From: an uncultured Saprospiraceae bacterium
GTDB lineage: Bacteria > Bacteroidota > Bacteroidia > Chitinophagales > Saprospiraceae
Direction of reading: 5' to 3'
Length of the DNA: 64,000 bases
NCBI GenBank assembly: GCA_964481485.1
Contig: CAYZVM010000004.1
Span: 681-64,680 of the forward strand
The position numbers and the translations under genes were made by a program. The notes under the pieces were generated by a model. It ran no database searches and was not told the origin of the DNA. It saw only the letters and a list, made by a program, of their open reading frames with translations. Positions 63,942 to 64,000 of this stretch are shown here, piece after piece. How positions within the stretch are numbered: the stretch's first letter is position 1; the number at the start of each line of letters is the position of its first letter.

Positions 63942-64000
63942 ACGTAGAGTAGACTAAAAAACCTTAGCATGACTGCCCAAGCTCTGGCCGGTCGAAATAT

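Noticed and set aside
1-64000. tRNA, rRNA, tmRNA, RNase P, SRP RNA, transposase, integrase, reverse transcriptase or prophage
   Set aside because: None was recognised by eye in any intergenic region or ORF. This is not an exhaustive covariance-model search, so small RNAs cannot be excluded. The MITE and inverton readings of the inverted repeats therefore lack an associated enzyme in this window.

Overview
64-kb chromosomal segment that looks like a Bacteroidota genome. The assignment is inferred from T9SS C-terminal sorting domains, CarboxypepD_reg-type TonB-dependent receptors, a UpxY antiterminator, bacillithiol BshC, TAnnTTTG -7 boxes and no Shine-Dalgarno sequences. I call about 55 protein genes plus one pseudogene. 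By eye I found no rRNA, tRNA, CRISPR array, transposase, integrase or reverse transcriptase. Most of the window is housekeeping: aceE, fbaA, coaE, rpmE2, gluQ-like, a DEAD-box helicase, ccmE/ccmF, bshC, gpx. Interspersed are secreted or T9SS cargo proteins, two TonB-dependent receptors, a remnant polysaccharide locus (deacetylase-like, Wzi-like, LbH acetyltransferase, Vat-like acetyltransferase, orphan UpxY), and one small candidate conflict module. That module is a membrane-anchored TIR protein next to an ARPP-1/DUF6569-like lipoprotein, followed by a low-GC metzincin lipoprotein. The most unusual signal is non-coding. (a) There are many perfect or near-perfect palindromes, and three of them sit in frame inside CDSs, including a 93-bp element with G-quadruplex motifs. 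(b) Inverted arrays of 10- or 17-bp tandem words lie in intergenic regions. (c) Short tandem repeats whose unit length is not a multiple of 3 sit inside CDSs (7-mer x5, 14-mer x3, a G8 run). (d) G-poor CA-rich word leaders and near-identical start-codon modules are shared by unrelated genes. All family names come from reading motifs and from memory. No database search was run. Start codons were chosen by eye from the ORF track, which also opens ORFs at GTG/TTG. Non-ORF coordinates may be off by 1-2 nt.
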